From contig CM059432.1 of NCBI GenBank assembly GCA_030390025.1, positions 69,380,001-69,444,000 on the forward strand: DNA of 64,000 nucleotides. Direction: 5' to 3'. The position numbers were made by a program, and so were the translations under genes. The notes beneath the pieces are model-generated. The model searched no databases, was not told the DNA's origin, and saw only the letters and a program-made list of their open reading frames with translations. The DNA comes from Squalus acanthias. Its lineage: Eukaryota. Below are positions 63,201 to 64,000 of this stretch, in pieces (position 1 is the first letter of the stretch; each line of letters opens with the position of its first letter).

Positions 63201-63335
63201 GCTGGAGTGCACTGCTTCATTGCTGGTGGTGAGGATGACGCATAAGGACCAACGAAAATCACCTGGAAACTCCGTGAGTCCTGAGAGAGCAACTGGGGGA
63301 GCGAGAGAGAGAAACACACACTGTGGGAGGGGGAG

Positions 63336-64000
63336 AGAGTCATAGAGTTATACAGCACAGAAAGAGGACCTTCGGCCCATCGTGTCTGCGCCGGCCATCA
63401 AGCCCTGTCTATTCTAATCCCATTTTCCAGCACTTGGTCCGTAGCCTTGTATGCTATGGCATTTCAAGTGCTCATCTAAATGCTTCTTGAATGTTGTGAG
63501 GGTTCCTGCCTCTACCACCCTTTCAGGCAGTGAGTTCCAGATTCCAATCACCCTCTGGGTGAAAAAGTTTTTCCTCAAATCCCCTCTAAACCTCCTGCCC
63601 CTTAACTTGAAACTATGCCCCCCTTGTTATTGACCCCTCTACTAGGGGAAAAGTTCCTTTCTATCTACCCTATCTATGCCCCTCATACTTTTGTACACCT
63701 CAATCAGGTCCCCCCTCAGCCTTCTCTGCTCTAAGGAAAACAACCCCAGTCTCTCTTCATAGCTGAAGCACTGCAGCCCAGGTAACATCCTGGTGAATCT
63801 CCTCTGCACCCTCTCCAATGCAATCACATCCTTCCTATAGTGTGGCGACCAGAACTGCACACAGTATTCCAGCTGTGGCCTAACTAGCATTTTGTACAGC
63901 TCCATCATAACCTCCCTGCTCTTATATTCTATGCCTCGGCTAATGAAGGCAAGTATCCCATATGCCTTTTTAACCACCTTATCCACCTGTCCTGCTGCCT
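63336..64000 (-). mobile_element. CR1 LINE 3' end, continuing past the window
   Basis: Near-identical to 10027-10700 (LVRPQLEYCVQFWSPHY). Tail gagtcatagagttatac. Confidence 0.93.

Overview
Eukaryotic, repeat-dominated vertebrate genomic DNA. The repeat complement (CR1 and L2 LINEs, Deu-domain and AmnSINE2-like SINEs, Penelope-type ends) suggests a cartilaginous fish; that is inference from remembered family motifs. I found no confidently identifiable host protein-coding gene, so the window is probably intronic or intergenic. It is a PIF/Harbinger hot spot: one near-complete two-gene Harbinger (Myb/SANT-like gene plus DDE transposase, 49285-56242, AAC TSD) sits in a four-layer nest, alongside several decayed Harbingers and many Harbinger-type MITEs with 3-bp TSDs. 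There are also at least seven CR1 copies (two reaching the ORF1 esterase), two hAT MITEs, a Tigger/pogo-type MITE, a 1.66-kb TG...CA solo-LTR-like insertion and a 1.5-kb 26-bp minisatellite. The most notable signals are: a MITE family whose twin subterminal hairpins covary between subfamilies; a Penelope-derived palindrome carrying hammerhead-ribozyme cores; a composite inverted duplication built from two local templates with junction microhomology; and a MITE family whose core is better conserved than its arms.
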